Shown here: one piece after another, positions 1 through 10,361 of the stretch | How the letters are laid out: each line of letters opens with the position of its first letter | How positions within the stretch are numbered: the first letter of the stretch is position 1 | Assembly: GCA_038279365.1 (NCBI GenBank) | Contig: JAYODI010000019.1 | Coordinates: forward strand, 1,443 to 65,442 | Reading direction: 5' to 3' | Source: Candidatus Latescibacterota bacterium | GTDB lineage: Bacteria; Latescibacterota; UBA2968 | Length of the DNA stretch: 64,000 nucleotides | The notes under the pieces: generated by a model | The model's input: the letters and a program-made list of their open reading frames with translations, nothing else | Databases searched by the model: none | What the model was told of the DNA's origin: nothing | Translations under genes and position numbers: made by a program

Positions 1-669
1 GATCCAGTGGAGGTCGTCAATTTTGGCGAGTTCTTTGAGCAGGTCTACAAGGCGCGGTTTGCCATAACGGTCGGCACCATAGCGCATGGTGTCTTGGGCA
101 ATGATGGCAATTTCTTTTACGCCAGAAGCGGCCATGCGGTAGGCTTCGGCAATGAGTTTGTCGATGTCTTCGCTTTGGTTTTTGCCCCGAAAGCTGGGGA
201 TGGCACAAAAGGCACAGGTGCGATCACAGCCGTCGGAGATGCGCAAGTAGGCCCAGTGTTTGGGCGTGAGCAAGTGGCGAGATTCGGCATCGCGAATGGT
301 TTGGATGCGTGAGGTACCCAAGAGGGTGTCGCAATAGGCCACGATGTCGCGCTCACCCGATAGGCCAATGATGAGGTCGGCTTCGGTGAGGTCGGCTTCG
401 AGCTCGCTGCGGTAACGTTCGGCCAAACAGCCCGTGACGATTACACCTTTGCATTTGCCATTTTCTTTGTATTCGGCGGCATCGAGAACGGTGGCAATGG
501 ATTCTTCTTTGGCGGGTTCGATGAATCCACAGGTGTTGACAATGATCACATCGGCATCGTCGGCATCGTCGGAGACGGTATACCCGTTGAGTTCTAAGAG
601 TCTGTGCATGCGCTCAGAATCGACGGTGTTTTTAGGGCACCCTAAGGTGATGAGATTAACGGTAGGCAT
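1..669 (-). CDS. rimO: Ribosomal protein S12 methylthiotransferase RimO, 5' part (runs off the window)
   Basis: Not in the ORF track. Manual translation from ATG at 669: MPTVNLITLGCPKNTVDSE...VNTCGFIEPAKEES...VTGCLAERY...AYLRISDGCDRTCAFCAIP (MTTase N-domain plus radical SAM CxxxCxxC). Confidence 0.93.
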   Translation of the reverse strand, partial: MPTVNLITLGCPKNTVDSERMHRLLELNGYTVSDDADDADVIIVNTCGFIEPAKEESIATVLDAAEYKENGKCKGVIVTGCLAERYRSELEADLTEADLIIGLSGERDIVAYCDTLLGTSRIQTIRDAESRHLLTPKHWAYLRISDGCDRTCAFCAIPSFRGKNQSEDIDKLIAEAYRMAASGVKEIAIIAQDTMRYGADRYGKPRLVDLLKELAKIDDLHWI

Positions 670-967
670 AATTTCCTTGTGTCAACCATTCGGAATGAGG
701 GAGAATGTGTTGTGTCGCGTGATATTAGAATGGGTATATCCGCAATATGTTTCACATCAAAAATCGGAGAAATAGGCCATTTTGTCAATGTCCCTTTAGG
801 TTTGTTGGGTATTTAAAATGAATTGTTTCTAATTCCCTTTCTGTTGACGAAAACATAGTTTTATATGGTGAAGGGTAAAATCGTTTTTGGGAGGGTTCAT
901 ATCGGGGTTGCTTGACCGTTTGTTTTTAGGTTATATTTGATATTAAATAGGTAAAGGTGAATAACGA

Positions 968-2389
968 GTGATGTTACAGGTGTCTTTTATGAAATTATTT
1001 TGGGTTTTATTGATCGCAATGATGCCGTCGGTTGGATTTGCACAGCAGGACTGGAGAGTTGGGCCAGATATTAGTCTGCACATTACCGTTCCAAATGGTG
1101 GGCAAACACCTTGCGTCGTTGATTTTGAAGACTTTATCGCTTTTGTACAGGCTTATGGTTCTACATCCGACGATCAAAATTACAACTTTCGTGCGGATAC
1201 AAATCAAGATGGCACTGTCAATTTCCCAGATTTTATTGCATTTGCTGGGCAGTTTGGCAAGTCTATGGCTGGCACTTCTGATGAGTGTCGCAGGCCTTTT
1301 CGTACTCATGTTCAGATTTCTGGTGAGGTGATCAAAGCAGGACGGCCATTTGAAAATGTGTGGATAGACGCGGTGCCTGTTGATGGTGTGGGTTCTGTGC
1401 AGTTGGAAAAAACAGATTCACTGGGTGTTTTTAAACATGTGGGTTTGGCACGTGGTAAGTATGCCTTTGTGCCCAATCAATTTGGATATGTGTTTACGCC
1501 CGATACATTGTGGACCACGGTTGAAGATACTGCTGCTGTGCTTCCGACGGTTGAAGGTGCACTGTCATTTGGATTGATGGACATACAAGTGATACGCGAC
1601 AGCGTTCGTGTGCCCAATGTGCGGGTGTCTGTTCTAAAGAGTGTGGCTGGGCAGCAGGCCGAAGGACCGTGGACGGGGATGACAGATCCCAGTGGTGTGT
1701 CGGCCATTCGCATTCCTGTGTCTGATGGTGCATCTGATCTGATGGGTACCTATGTTGTGAGTGTGATTGATACCACAAAGGGAGATTTGTTGGATGCCTG
1801 GATGAGTGTGCCCATTCAAACCGCAGATACCAGGCGCTTGGTCTTGGATATTGGGCATGAGGCGTCTTATGTTCCCGAACGTGAATATTTTTTTTATGAT
1901 TGGAATCAACAAAAGGTGGCGTGTGAGGTATCAGATAGCCGCCTTCGGATAAGATTTTATGACGATGTTGATGTGAATGAAAAAATGATGTTATTGGATC
2001 GGTTGGGGCTTCAAGATAAAGGTGACGCTGTATTTGAGTTGAGGCACGATAAAGGGCGATTTGCGGTGCTTGAAAAAATGTATCAATTGAAACGCAGTGG
2101 TCTTGTTCGATCTGTGACTCCTGAATTGCATTTTGGCGATGATCGTGTTTATTGGCCCGATCATGTGGTGATCCGTTTTAAAGATGAGGCTTCGGAAGAC
2201 GATATTGCGACTTTTCTACAAGATGTTGGCGCTTCTCTCATTCAGATCTCGGCAGGCAATCATGAGGTGCTGTTTGCAGATTTGTTGTCGCAAGATGTTT
2301 TTGAGGTGTGCGAAAAATACCGAACACATCCACTCATTGCATATATGTACCCCGATCTGAGAGGGCGATATCGGTTGCTGAAACCGTAA
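968..2389 (+). CDS. Secreted multidomain protein: signal peptide, dockerin/EF-hand-like module, carboxypeptidase-regulatory-like beta domain(s), two C-terminal S8-propeptide-like repeats
   Basis: MKLFWVLL...GFA signal (true start perhaps ATG at 989); DFEDFIAFVQAYG...DTNQDGTVNFPDFIAFAGQFG; repeats RLRIRFYDDV... and VVIRFKDEASEDDIATF...YPD. Confidence 0.6.
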   Translation: MMLQVSFMKLFWVLLIAMMPSVGFAQQDWRVGPDISLHITVPNGGQTPCVVDFEDFIAFVQAYGSTSDDQNYNFRADTNQDGTVNFPDFIAFAGQFGKSMAGTSDECRRPFRTHVQISGEVIKAGRPFENVWIDAVPVDGVGSVQLEKTDSLGVFKHVGLARGKYAFVPNQFGYVFTPDTLWTTVEDTAAVLPTVEGALSFGLMDIQVIRDSVRVPNVRVSVLKSVAGQQAEGPWTGMTDPSGVSAIRIPVSDGASDLMGTYVVSVIDTTKGDLLDAWMSVPIQTADTRRLVLDIGHEASYVPEREYFFYDWNQQKVACEVSDSRLRIRFYDDVDVNEKMMLLDRLGLQDKGDAVFELRHDKGRFAVLEKMYQLKRSGLVRSVTPELHFGDDRVYWPDHVVIRFKDEASEDDIATFLQDVGASLIQISAGNHEVLFADLLSQDVFEVCEKYRTHPLIAYMYPDLRGRYRLLKP

Positions 2390-2402
2390 AGGAGCCAAGT
2401 GT

Positions 2403-2987
2403 ATGTTTTATTTGAAATGGATTGGAGCTTGTTTTTTAGCGGCCCATATGGGTGTGTTGTTGATTTGGCCCGTGATGAACGAGGCGAGTTATCAGTATGG
2501 CAGTTTGTATTTGGAGTTGATGATGGGTGGGGCAACTGGGGTGGTGATGGCCATTGCGTTGTATTGGGTGATGCGTGATTTGATTTTGTCTTTTGGGGCG
2601 TGGGTGGGGTGGACGGCTTTGGCTCATGGTTTTGGCGCATTTTTAGGTGCGTATGTGATGCAAGGGTTGCATGGATATATATCGAGAGAGTGGATGATGG
2701 TGTGGGGGATATATGTGCCCAAAGGATTGATGACGGGATTGTTCGTTGGTATTTGGGTGGGCATAGTGCAGAGTATGATGTTGCCTTTGTTGGATGCAAA
2801 ACGGTGGATCGTGGCCAATGTGTTGGGATTTGGTGTTGGTTATGTTTTGTCGCATGCTGTTGGAAATTGGTTGATAGATTTGCCACAGAGTATGTCTGTT
2901 TATTTTCCAGGATTTATGGGTATTTGTGTGGGCAGTGCAACACTGTATGTGTTTTTGAGATCTGAATTTGGTGATTTGCGTGGGTGA
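2403..2987 (+). CDS. Hypothetical multi-pass membrane protein, Gly/Trp-rich
   Basis: About six hydrophobic segments; AGGAG RBS upstream; 13 bp after the previous gene. Confidence 0.7.
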   Translation: MFYLKWIGACFLAAHMGVLLIWPVMNEASYQYGSLYLELMMGGATGVVMAIALYWVMRDLILSFGAWVGWTALAHGFGAFLGAYVMQGLHGYISREWMMVWGIYVPKGLMTGLFVGIWVGIVQSMMLPLLDAKRWIVANVLGFGVGYVLSHAVGNWLIDLPQSMSVYFPGFMGICVGSATLYVFLRSEFGDLRG

Positions 2988-3061
2988 TGTGGATGTTTGG
3001 AGGTGTGTGATAATGAAATATTTATGTGTCATTTTTACGATTTAAAGAAATTGGAGACGAT

Positions 3062-3460
3062 ATGTTTGATGTTGAATTTTTTGACCGGTGGGAAGATGTT
3101 GCCCATGATGTGAAGGCTGTGTTTGATGAACACGGCTATGTGGTGTTGCGTGGGTTTTTATCGGCAGATGAGGTGGCAGAAGTTCGGCGTGAGTTGGATC
3201 GATATATTGCTGAAGTGATTCCGAATATTCCGGTGGATTATGTTTTTTATGAAAATAAAAATGATCCTTCCACATTGAAGCAGTTGCCCAATATGCAAGA
3301 ACACGATGCTTATTTTGAACATCTGTTGCGTGGTGATACGCGGTTTCATCGGTTGGCCAAGTTGCTTGTTGGAGGCGTTGTAGGGCGCAACTTGCAATTG
3401 CTACGCAAACCGCCTGCTGTGGGGTTGCCCACGCCACCGCATCAGGATGGGTATTATTAA
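3062..3460 (+). pseudogene. Truncated phytanoyl-CoA dioxygenase (PhyH)-family gene
   Basis: FDEHGYVVLRGFLS...KPPAVGLPTPPHQDGYY*: stops right after the HxD motif, so the rest of the jelly-roll and the distal His are missing. GGAG RBS precedes ATG at 3062. Confidence 0.8.
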
Positions 3461-5604
3461 CCCAGCAGGTGGGCTTTATCGCGATTGATGTGAAGTTGAA
3501 GGTTGGTTTTGGAGACTTTAAGCGGGTTGTCTATATAAATGGTGCCTGGCGTGTTTTGAATGATGTCTTCAACATCTTTGGCCAGTTTGGATAATGTTTC
3601 GAGGTTATCACCTTGAATGCGAATATAAATAGGCGGGTCTGACGACGGACCTTGTTTAAATTCCCAAACGCGAATGCGACCTGTTGGAAATGGGTCAAAT
3701 TGGATACGCAAGTCATCAATAATTTGTTCGACCGTACGGCCTTTATTTAGATCGACCATTGCAAATATTTGCCCCACGTGAGGTTTGTTTTCAGTGAGGT
3801 TCATGTTGTAATAAACTTGTGGGTTGCCACGTCCTGCATTGGCCATCACTTTTGTTATTTCAGGTTGGTTGAGCAGGGTTTTTTCAATGGTTTTGACAAC
3901 ACGGTCTGTGGTGGGCAAATCGGTTCCGCGTGGCATGTCGATGTCGATCATGAGCATGGGTTTTTCTGCTTTTGGAAAAAAGCTCACACCCACCAAAGGA
4001 AACAGGCTAAGGCTCAAAATAAAAATACATGTGGTCAAAAAGATGGTGATGCGATGATGTCGCAAACACCATTGTAAAATGGGTTGATATTGGTGTGCCA
4101 CAAAGCGTTCTAAAAGGTGGTGGGTTTTGGGTTCGCGATACGATTTGCTCATGAGCTGACTGGCCAGCAAGGGCGTGAGTGTGAGCGCAACAAAAAGGGA
4201 TGCCGAAAGGGTGTAGATAACGGTAATGGGCAAGCTACGAATAAAGTCGCCTGTGGAGCCACTGAGAAAAATGATGGGCACAAAGGCCAATACGGTGGTA
4301 AGCGTGGAACTGGCAATGGGCAGTGCGATGAGGTTCACGCCTTTTATGGCCGCGTCTCTACCCGATGCGCCTTCGCGTTGGTAACGTACCACCGATTCGA
4401 CCACCACAATGGCATTGTCGACCAACAGTCCGAGGGCAATGATAAAACCCGTAATGGTGATTTGGTGGATACCATATCCGGTGAGATAAACAAAGCCAAT
4501 AACAAAGGATGCAGGTATGGCAATCATAACGATAAAAGAAGCGCGTGCACCGACCACCAAAAAGATGACAATGCCCACCAATAAGATACCCTGTCCCAAA
4601 CTGCTTGTGAAGGTATGGATGCGTGATGCAACACTTTCGGCTTGGTCAAAACCGATGGTTAATTGCATGCCCGGTGGCATTTCTTTTTGGAGTGTTTCTA
4701 AGCGTTCTCGAATGGTTTCTACAATAAGAAAGATGTCGGAGTTTTTCTTTTGTTTGATGCCAATAAACAAACATCGTTGGCCATTAAAGCGCGTTTTATA
4801 AAGGTGTTCTCGATATCCAAATTCTACGGTGGCCACGTCTGAGAGGTAAAGAACAGTGCCTTCTTTTGTTTGTAAGACGGTGCGACGAATGTCGTTGAGG
4901 TCGGTATACAAACCCGATGTTTTGATGGTAAACCGTTGTGTGCCCACAGAAATTGCGCCACCGGGTATGGCGGTGTTGTGTGTGTGAATGGCGTGGGTTA
5001 CATGAGAAATGCCCAGTCCATAATGTCCTAAACGTTCCAAATCTATGTTGATTTCAACTATTTCATCAGGGTCTCCCAAAATTTCAACTTGTTTGACATT
5101 GGATACCCGTTCGAGATTGCGTTTGATGTGTTGGGCTTCGTCGTAGAGTTCATGGTAAGATGCATTTTCAGATATAAGAGCCAGTTGCATAATGCGTGTG
5201 TTACTTGTAGACCATTGTATGACATTGAGCGCTGCAATATGAGGCGGCAAACGATCTCTTACTTTGTTTACTTGCTCGCGTACTTCGCGATATTTTTCGT
5301 CAGAATCGACATAGGATTCAAATTCAACGGAGATTTTGGTTGTGCCATCTTCCATGCGTGTGGCAATGTGTTTGATGTCTTCAATTTCGTTTACGGCTTC
5401 TTCGAGAGGTTCAACAATTTGGCGTTCGAGGTCTATGGGCGATGTGCCAGGGTAATAAACAATGATAGTGGTACCCGCAGGATCTAAGGGCGGGTCTTCA
5501 GAGTAGGGCATGGTAGATATGGCACCCAAACCCAAAATGAGGAAGGCGGCGTATTGAATGATGGTAAAGCGATAGTTGTCTATGGCAACGCGCGTAAATT
5601 TCAT
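3457..5604 (-). pseudogene. C-terminally truncated RND (AcrB/AcrD/AcrF family) efflux permease
   Basis: LGLLVDNAIVVVE motif and FFPKAE; 715 aa ending inside the second periplasmic domain (LHINRDKAHLLG*), lacking the last TM helices of ~1000-aa RND proteins. Confidence 0.85.
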
Positions 5605-5650
5605 GGATGTTTTGTTGAGATAATGATAGGTGAAGTAACGTTAAAACGTA

Positions 5651-5687
5651 CAAAACAAGATGTCTGTTAGCTGGGCATCTTGTTTTG
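5651..5687. terminator. Hairpin / probable intrinsic terminator between RND adaptor and permease
   Basis: CAAAACAAGATGTC-loop-GGCATCTTGTTTTG with T-rich tails on both strands. Confidence 0.55.
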
Positions 5688-5704
5688 TTTTTAGGGCAGG
5701 TATT

Positions 5705-6724
5705 TTATTTTGTGAGGGTCACGCGGCTCTGGTCGCTTAAGTAAGATGCCCCATCTGTAACGACATGTTCGCCAAGTTCAAGTCCATCTTTGATGAGCAC
5801 CATGTTGTTTTGCAGTTTATCGAGGGTGACGGCTCGACGGTAGACGATATTGTCTTTAAAGACATAAACAAACCCGCGATCGTTATCGGCATCAATGAGT
5901 GATTCGATGGGAATGATCCATCTGTTTTGACTGTGTTGTGTATATAGGTGTGCATGACCAATCATGCCAGGCAAGAGGGTGTGCGGGGTTACAAAGGCCA
6001 ATTCAATTTCGTACAAACCTGTTTGGAGCGTTGCCATGGCCGCTATTTTTTCAACGGTAGCAGGTATTTGGGTGTTGGGGTGTGCATCAAATGCAACAGT
6101 GGCAGAATCTCCTGGTGCGAGGTGTAAAACGTTGCGATCCGTAATGCCTGCTTGTAAAATGGCGATGTCTGTTTCAGAGGCAAATGAGAACAGTGGCATG
6201 CCTGCACGGATCATTTCTTCTGCTTCGCCCCATTTTTGGAGAATCCGTCCATTTGTAGGCGCGATCAAGACTGTGTGTGCAAGGTTGTATGTGGCAATGT
6301 CGCGTGCAGATCGTGCTGCTTCGAGCGTGACTTGAGCACCTAAAAGTTGGGTTTGAGTGACAACTTGGTCTTTTTGAAGCGATTGTGCTTTTTGATGGTC
6401 TTGATAGGCTTTGTGGTATGCAGCCATTGCTTGGGCATAATGGGCGCGTATTTCTGTTTGATCCAGCACGGCCAATGTGTCTTGGGCCTTTACATTATCG
6501 CCTTCCTGTACTGCAATGTGTTTGATGAGGCCATCTACTTTAAAGCTAAGTTGTGTTTTTTGCCGGGTTATTGTTTTGCCTGTGGTATAAACGATGGTGC
6601 GTATCTGTTGTGCCTTAACGGGCGTGATTTTAACGGGTGTGGTTGTTGTCTGGGGAGGGGGGGCAGGTGTTTTTGCCGTACATCCAATGATGAATAAGCA
6701 CAAAAAAAAGAAATGAGATTTCAT
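5705..6724 (-). CDS. RND efflux periplasmic adaptor (membrane fusion protein), lipoprotein
   Basis: Lipobox IIGC; LSFKVDGLIKHIAVQEGDNVK and LIAPTNGRI lipoyl-like motifs; C-terminal GLELGEHVVTDGA. Confidence 0.9.
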   Translation of the reverse strand: MKSHFFFLCLFIIGCTAKTPAPPPQTTTTPVKITPVKAQQIRTIVYTTGKTITRQKTQLSFKVDGLIKHIAVQEGDNVKAQDTLAVLDQTEIRAHYAQAMAAYHKAYQDHQKAQSLQKDQVVTQTQLLGAQVTLEAARSARDIATYNLAHTVLIAPTNGRILQKWGEAEEMIRAGMPLFSFASETDIAILQAGITDRNVLHLAPGDSATVAFDAHPNTQIPATVEKIAAMATLQTGLYEIELAFVTPHTLLPGMIGHAHLYTQHSQNRWIIPIESLIDADNDRGFVYVFKDNIVYRRAVTLDKLQNNMVLIKDGLELGEHVVTDGASYLSDQSRVTLTK

Positions 6725-6754
6725 GGGAAAACCATTGTGTGTTGAAAACGCGTA

Positions 6755-7384
6755 TTAGGACAGTTGAGATAAAAGGGCTTTTACATAAACGACGGTAAGT
6801 ATAATGGCACCCACGGCAAAAATGGCATACCAAATTCCGGTGAGTTTGCGTATGGGAATGCTTGAAACCATGGCCACGGCCAAGAGGGCATAAAGACCAA
6901 AGAGGATTTGTTTAAGCGTTTCTTCTGGCAGGATAAAATGCAGGGTGAAAATGGCAGGAATAAACAACGCGGCATACGTGACTGGCAGACCCGTATAGTA
7001 ATTTTTCTGATCATTAGGAGTTAGGCCTATATGGTTGAAATAGGCCAACCGCAAGGCATTTACGCCCATATAAGCGATGAGCAAGGCGATGGATAAGGTA
7101 TCTTTGAGACCAAAACAATAAGCAAAGATTGCTGGGGCAAACCCAAAGGCGCACATATCGACCAGGCTGTCGAGGTCGGGGCCTGCGGCAGATGCTTCGG
7201 GCGTGCGTTTGGCGCGTTTGGCAAAAAAACCATCAAAGAGATCGATAAGGCCAGAATACATCATGAATAATGCCGCAACATAAAACTGCCCTTGCATGGC
7301 AAACATCACCACACCAAAACTAAAAAAAAGCCCTGACAGGGTCAGCACATTTACGGGATCGAGTTGACGCAGAATGGGAGACAT
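6755..7384 (-). CDS. CDP-alcohol phosphatidyltransferase (PssA-like)
   Basis: DLFDGFFAKR...GPDLDSLVD signature; LRLAYFN and YTGLPVT. Confidence 0.85.
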   Translation of the reverse strand: MSPILRQLDPVNVLTLSGLFFSFGVVMFAMQGQFYVAALFMMYSGLIDLFDGFFAKRAKRTPEASAAGPDLDSLVDMCAFGFAPAIFAYCFGLKDTLSIALLIAYMGVNALRLAYFNHIGLTPNDQKNYYTGLPVTYAALFIPAIFTLHFILPEETLKQILFGLYALLAVAMVSSIPIRKLTGIWYAIFAVGAIILTVVYVKALLSQLS

Positions 7385-7421
7385 GGCAATTCAAAAGGAA
7401 AAGGGTAACAAATAGCGGTGA

Positions 7422-8324
7422 TTATATTCTCTGTTTGCCAATTTGTGTACCGGTTTGGACTTGTACTTCGGTATGAGCTTGTGTGTGATGGATCAGATCT
7501 GGGTCGAAGATAATTTTGTCGGGTTCAAAAAGCAAAACCAATGTGGACCCCCCAAACTGGAAGTAGCCTTTTTCTTGACCTCTTCGCACAGGGCCGGGTG
7601 AATGGGTTTGTATGATGCGCCCAACGGCAAAACCTGCGACATCTATGTATGCAAATCGCCCAAATTTTTCGGTTTCGATATAGGTGACCACACGTTTGTT
7701 GTGGGCAAAAAGATCGGGTTTGATAGACAATGCCAGCGGATTTACCAGATAATATCGGCCATCAATATCTTTTGGGGGGCTTGCTTGACCTTCTACTGGA
7801 AAGTGAAATCGGTGGTAATCGTAAGGGGCTAAGCGCACAATACAGGCGGCTCCCCCGTGAAAAGATCGGGCTTCTGATTCGGAGGCCAGCAATGCAGAAA
7901 TATCGACATAAGACCCTTTGATGGGCAATTGGGTGCGTTCGTCGAGTTGGGGGTAGACCAATATTTTGCCATCTGCTGGCGCGCAAAATATCGATGGATC
8001 CTCTACAAAAGGACGTGCCCCGGGTTTGAGCTTGCGTGAAAAAAATGCATTGAGGGTGGGATATTGATGGATCGGTTTTTCGACTTCGGTGAGATCAATT
8101 TGAAAGTTTGTGGCAAATTTTGACACATCTTGTTGTGATGCCGAACGGTCTACCCATTTGCCATAGAGATGACAATACCATTGTCTGTTAAACAATGCAT
8201 TGATGATGTTGCGAACGATTTTAGAACGTGCAACCCAATATTGAATTTTGGGATTGGAGACACGTTCTTTGACCAATTTGCCCGTGAGGCGATCAAGATA
8301 ATGGGGAATCTGATATAAAGACAC
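7422..8324 (-). CDS. psd: Phosphatidylserine decarboxylase proenzyme
   Basis: FFSRKLKPGARP, PADG, RLAPYDYHRFHFP and GYFQFGGST self-cleavage motif. Confidence 0.92.
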   Translation of the reverse strand: MSLYQIPHYLDRLTGKLVKERVSNPKIQYWVARSKIVRNIINALFNRQWYCHLYGKWVDRSASQQDVSKFATNFQIDLTEVEKPIHQYPTLNAFFSRKLKPGARPFVEDPSIFCAPADGKILVYPQLDERTQLPIKGSYVDISALLASESEARSFHGGAACIVRLAPYDYHRFHFPVEGQASPPKDIDGRYYLVNPLALSIKPDLFAHNKRVVTYIETEKFGRFAYIDVAGFAVGRIIQTHSPGPVRRGQEKGYFQFGGSTLVLLFEPDKIIFDPDLIHHTQAHTEVQVQTGTQIGKQRI

Positions 8325-8326
8325 AT

Positions 8327-9247
8327 TTAAACTTTCATGGAAAGCCGAACAAAGGCATAAAACATGGGAGCAATAAACAAAAGGCCATCGAAGCGGTCTA
8401 AGATGCCCCCCATACCTGGTAAGGTTTTGCTAAAGTCTTTGATGTTGGCTTCTCGCTTGAGCGAGGAGGCCACCAAATCGCCTAAGAGTGCCAATATACC
8501 AATAAGTGTTGCACCCAAGAGCACTTGACCTAATGACCAAGTGGGAATGAGAAAGCGTATGGCATAGCCGACACTGAGACAAATGACAATGCCCCCAACC
8601 GCACCTTCGTAGGTTTTTTGGGGGCTGATGGCCGGGCACAAAAGATGTTTGCCCAAAAGCCGGCCAAAACCCACAGCAAAACCATCGTGACAATTGATAA
8701 GCACAATTAAAAATGCAAAGGCGCCGTAATCCAATTGGACCAGCAAGAGCAAGTGTGTAAGTGGCACACCAATTAGCACAGTGCCCAACCCCACCGTGAG
8801 CATGGCATGCATGGGGACGGGGTGTTTGGTAATGATCATGGGCAATGTGACGGCAGTCCAGGCGGCAGCCCCTATGCCCAAAAAGGCACCAAAGGCCGTA
8901 TTGGTAAGCCCACCCAATATGCCCAATGTGCCAATAATGGGATAAAGACCAAACATAGAAACAGAGCCATATTTATTTTCGATACATCGAATGAGTTCTT
9001 GCCAGCCTAAAAATGCGATTATCAAAGAAGGGATCAACAAACCCCATGCGCCAAATGCACCGCAAATGAGCATGAGATATCCGATGCCGATCATCACTGC
9101 AAGACGCACCCAATCGTTTTTGTAGGTGGCTTTGTCTGATCGGCGTAATAGGCCTAAGGCAATGATAAACACCGCACCTGCACCTACGACCCACATCAAG
9201 ATGTTTAGTAAGGGATATAAAAGGGGATGTATAAAATCGAAACTCAT
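8327..9247 (-). CDS. Phosphatidate cytidylyltransferase (CdsA-like)
   Basis: ISPQKTYEG, GDLVASSLKR, KDFSKTLPGMGGILDRFD. Confidence 0.9.
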   Translation of the reverse strand: MSFDFIHPLLYPLLNILMWVVGAGAVFIIALGLLRRSDKATYKNDWVRLAVMIGIGYLMLICGAFGAWGLLIPSLIIAFLGWQELIRCIENKYGSVSMFGLYPIIGTLGILGGLTNTAFGAFLGIGAAAWTAVTLPMIITKHPVPMHAMLTVGLGTVLIGVPLTHLLLLVQLDYGAFAFLIVLINCHDGFAVGFGRLLGKHLLCPAISPQKTYEGAVGGIVICLSVGYAIRFLIPTWSLGQVLLGATLIGILALLGDLVASSLKREANIKDFSKTLPGMGGILDRFDGLLFIAPMFYAFVRLSMKV

Positions 9248-10353
9248 CCGTGCAAAACCTTTGGTTCAGGAGTGGAATGGGCTTGGTGAGACGGGTGTGC
9301 CATTTGATAAAGAAATTTAAAATGGGCTTTAAGCGCTGCCCATACGGTGGGATATGCGTGATAGGTAATGCCATACTTTTCGCATTGTTGGCGAACAATT
9401 TTGCTGATGGCTGGATAGTGAATGTGGCAAATATCGGGATAGAGATGGTGTTCGATTTGGAAATTAAGACCGCCAAAACACCAAGCTGCCCATCTGTTGT
9501 TGGGAGCAAAATCGGCCGTGGTTTCGACCTGATGAATGGCCCACGCATTTTGCATATGGCCATTTTGCATATTGGGTTTTGGAAAAACGGGGCCTTCCGT
9601 TGCATGGGCCAGTTGAAAAACCAAAGACAATGTGATGCCTAAAATGAGATGTATGATGACAAAAACGAGCAGAACGTGCCACACGGGATGAAAAAATAAT
9701 GGAATAACGAGACTGTATAAATAAACAAACGCTTTGGCCATAAAAAAAAGAACGGTTTCGTATGTGTTGGGTTTGCGTAACTGAACGGGACCTACCTTGC
9801 CTGCAAAAAAAGCGACATAGTCGCGGTATAAAAGCCAAAAAATGGTATGCAAGCTATAAAGCGGAATGGCGTAGAGGTGTTGGTAACGGTGGAATGGTTG
9901 CCAAGGTTGGTCTGGGCTCAATCGCATCAGGCCCGACGATTGTAAATCGCGGTCGTACTCATCTATGTTGGTGTAGGTATGATGTAGGAAGTTGTGTTTT
10001 TGACGCCATAAATAATTGCTGCCCCCCATGAGGTCGAGGGTGAATCCCATCAGCCAATTGAGTTTGGGGTTTTTGGCATAAGATCCGTGGGCACCATCGT
10101 GCATGATGTTGAAGCCGACCAGGTAGATGCTAAAAGCCATGCCTAACATAGATAAACCCACCCCCCAATAGGTGTTGGCATAAAATACCAGGTAGGTGTA
10201 AAAGGCAGCCGCAGAAAAAAGGATGACGCTGGTTTTTAAAAACATACGCCACGTGCCTGTTTTGGGCAGGTGCGTGTTTTCAAAATAGCGATCAACTTCT
10301 GTATTCAGGTCGGTTTGAAACTGGGATCGGGCTGGAAATTTGATGCGATTCAT
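9244..10353 (-). CDS. Membrane acyl-CoA/acyl-lipid desaturase
   Basis: Three His boxes HDGAH, HNFLHH, QIEHH; 4-bp overlap with the cdsA-like start. Confidence 0.92.
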   Translation of the reverse strand: MNRIKFPARSQFQTDLNTEVDRYFENTHLPKTGTWRMFLKTSVILFSAAAFYTYLVFYANTYWGVGLSMLGMAFSIYLVGFNIMHDGAHGSYAKNPKLNWLMGFTLDLMGGSNYLWRQKHNFLHHTYTNIDEYDRDLQSSGLMRLSPDQPWQPFHRYQHLYAIPLYSLHTIFWLLYRDYVAFFAGKVGPVQLRKPNTYETVLFFMAKAFVYLYSLVIPLFFHPVWHVLLVFVIIHLILGITLSLVFQLAHATEGPVFPKPNMQNGHMQNAWAIHQVETTADFAPNNRWAAWCFGGLNFQIEHHLYPDICHIHYPAISKIVRQQCEKYGITYHAYPTVWAALKAHFKFLYQMAHPSHQAHSTPEPKVLHG

Positions 10354-10361
10354 AGCGGGTA

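Noticed and set aside
7-775. Plus-strand ORFs 7..312 and 434..775
   Set aside because: Antisense shadows of rimO.
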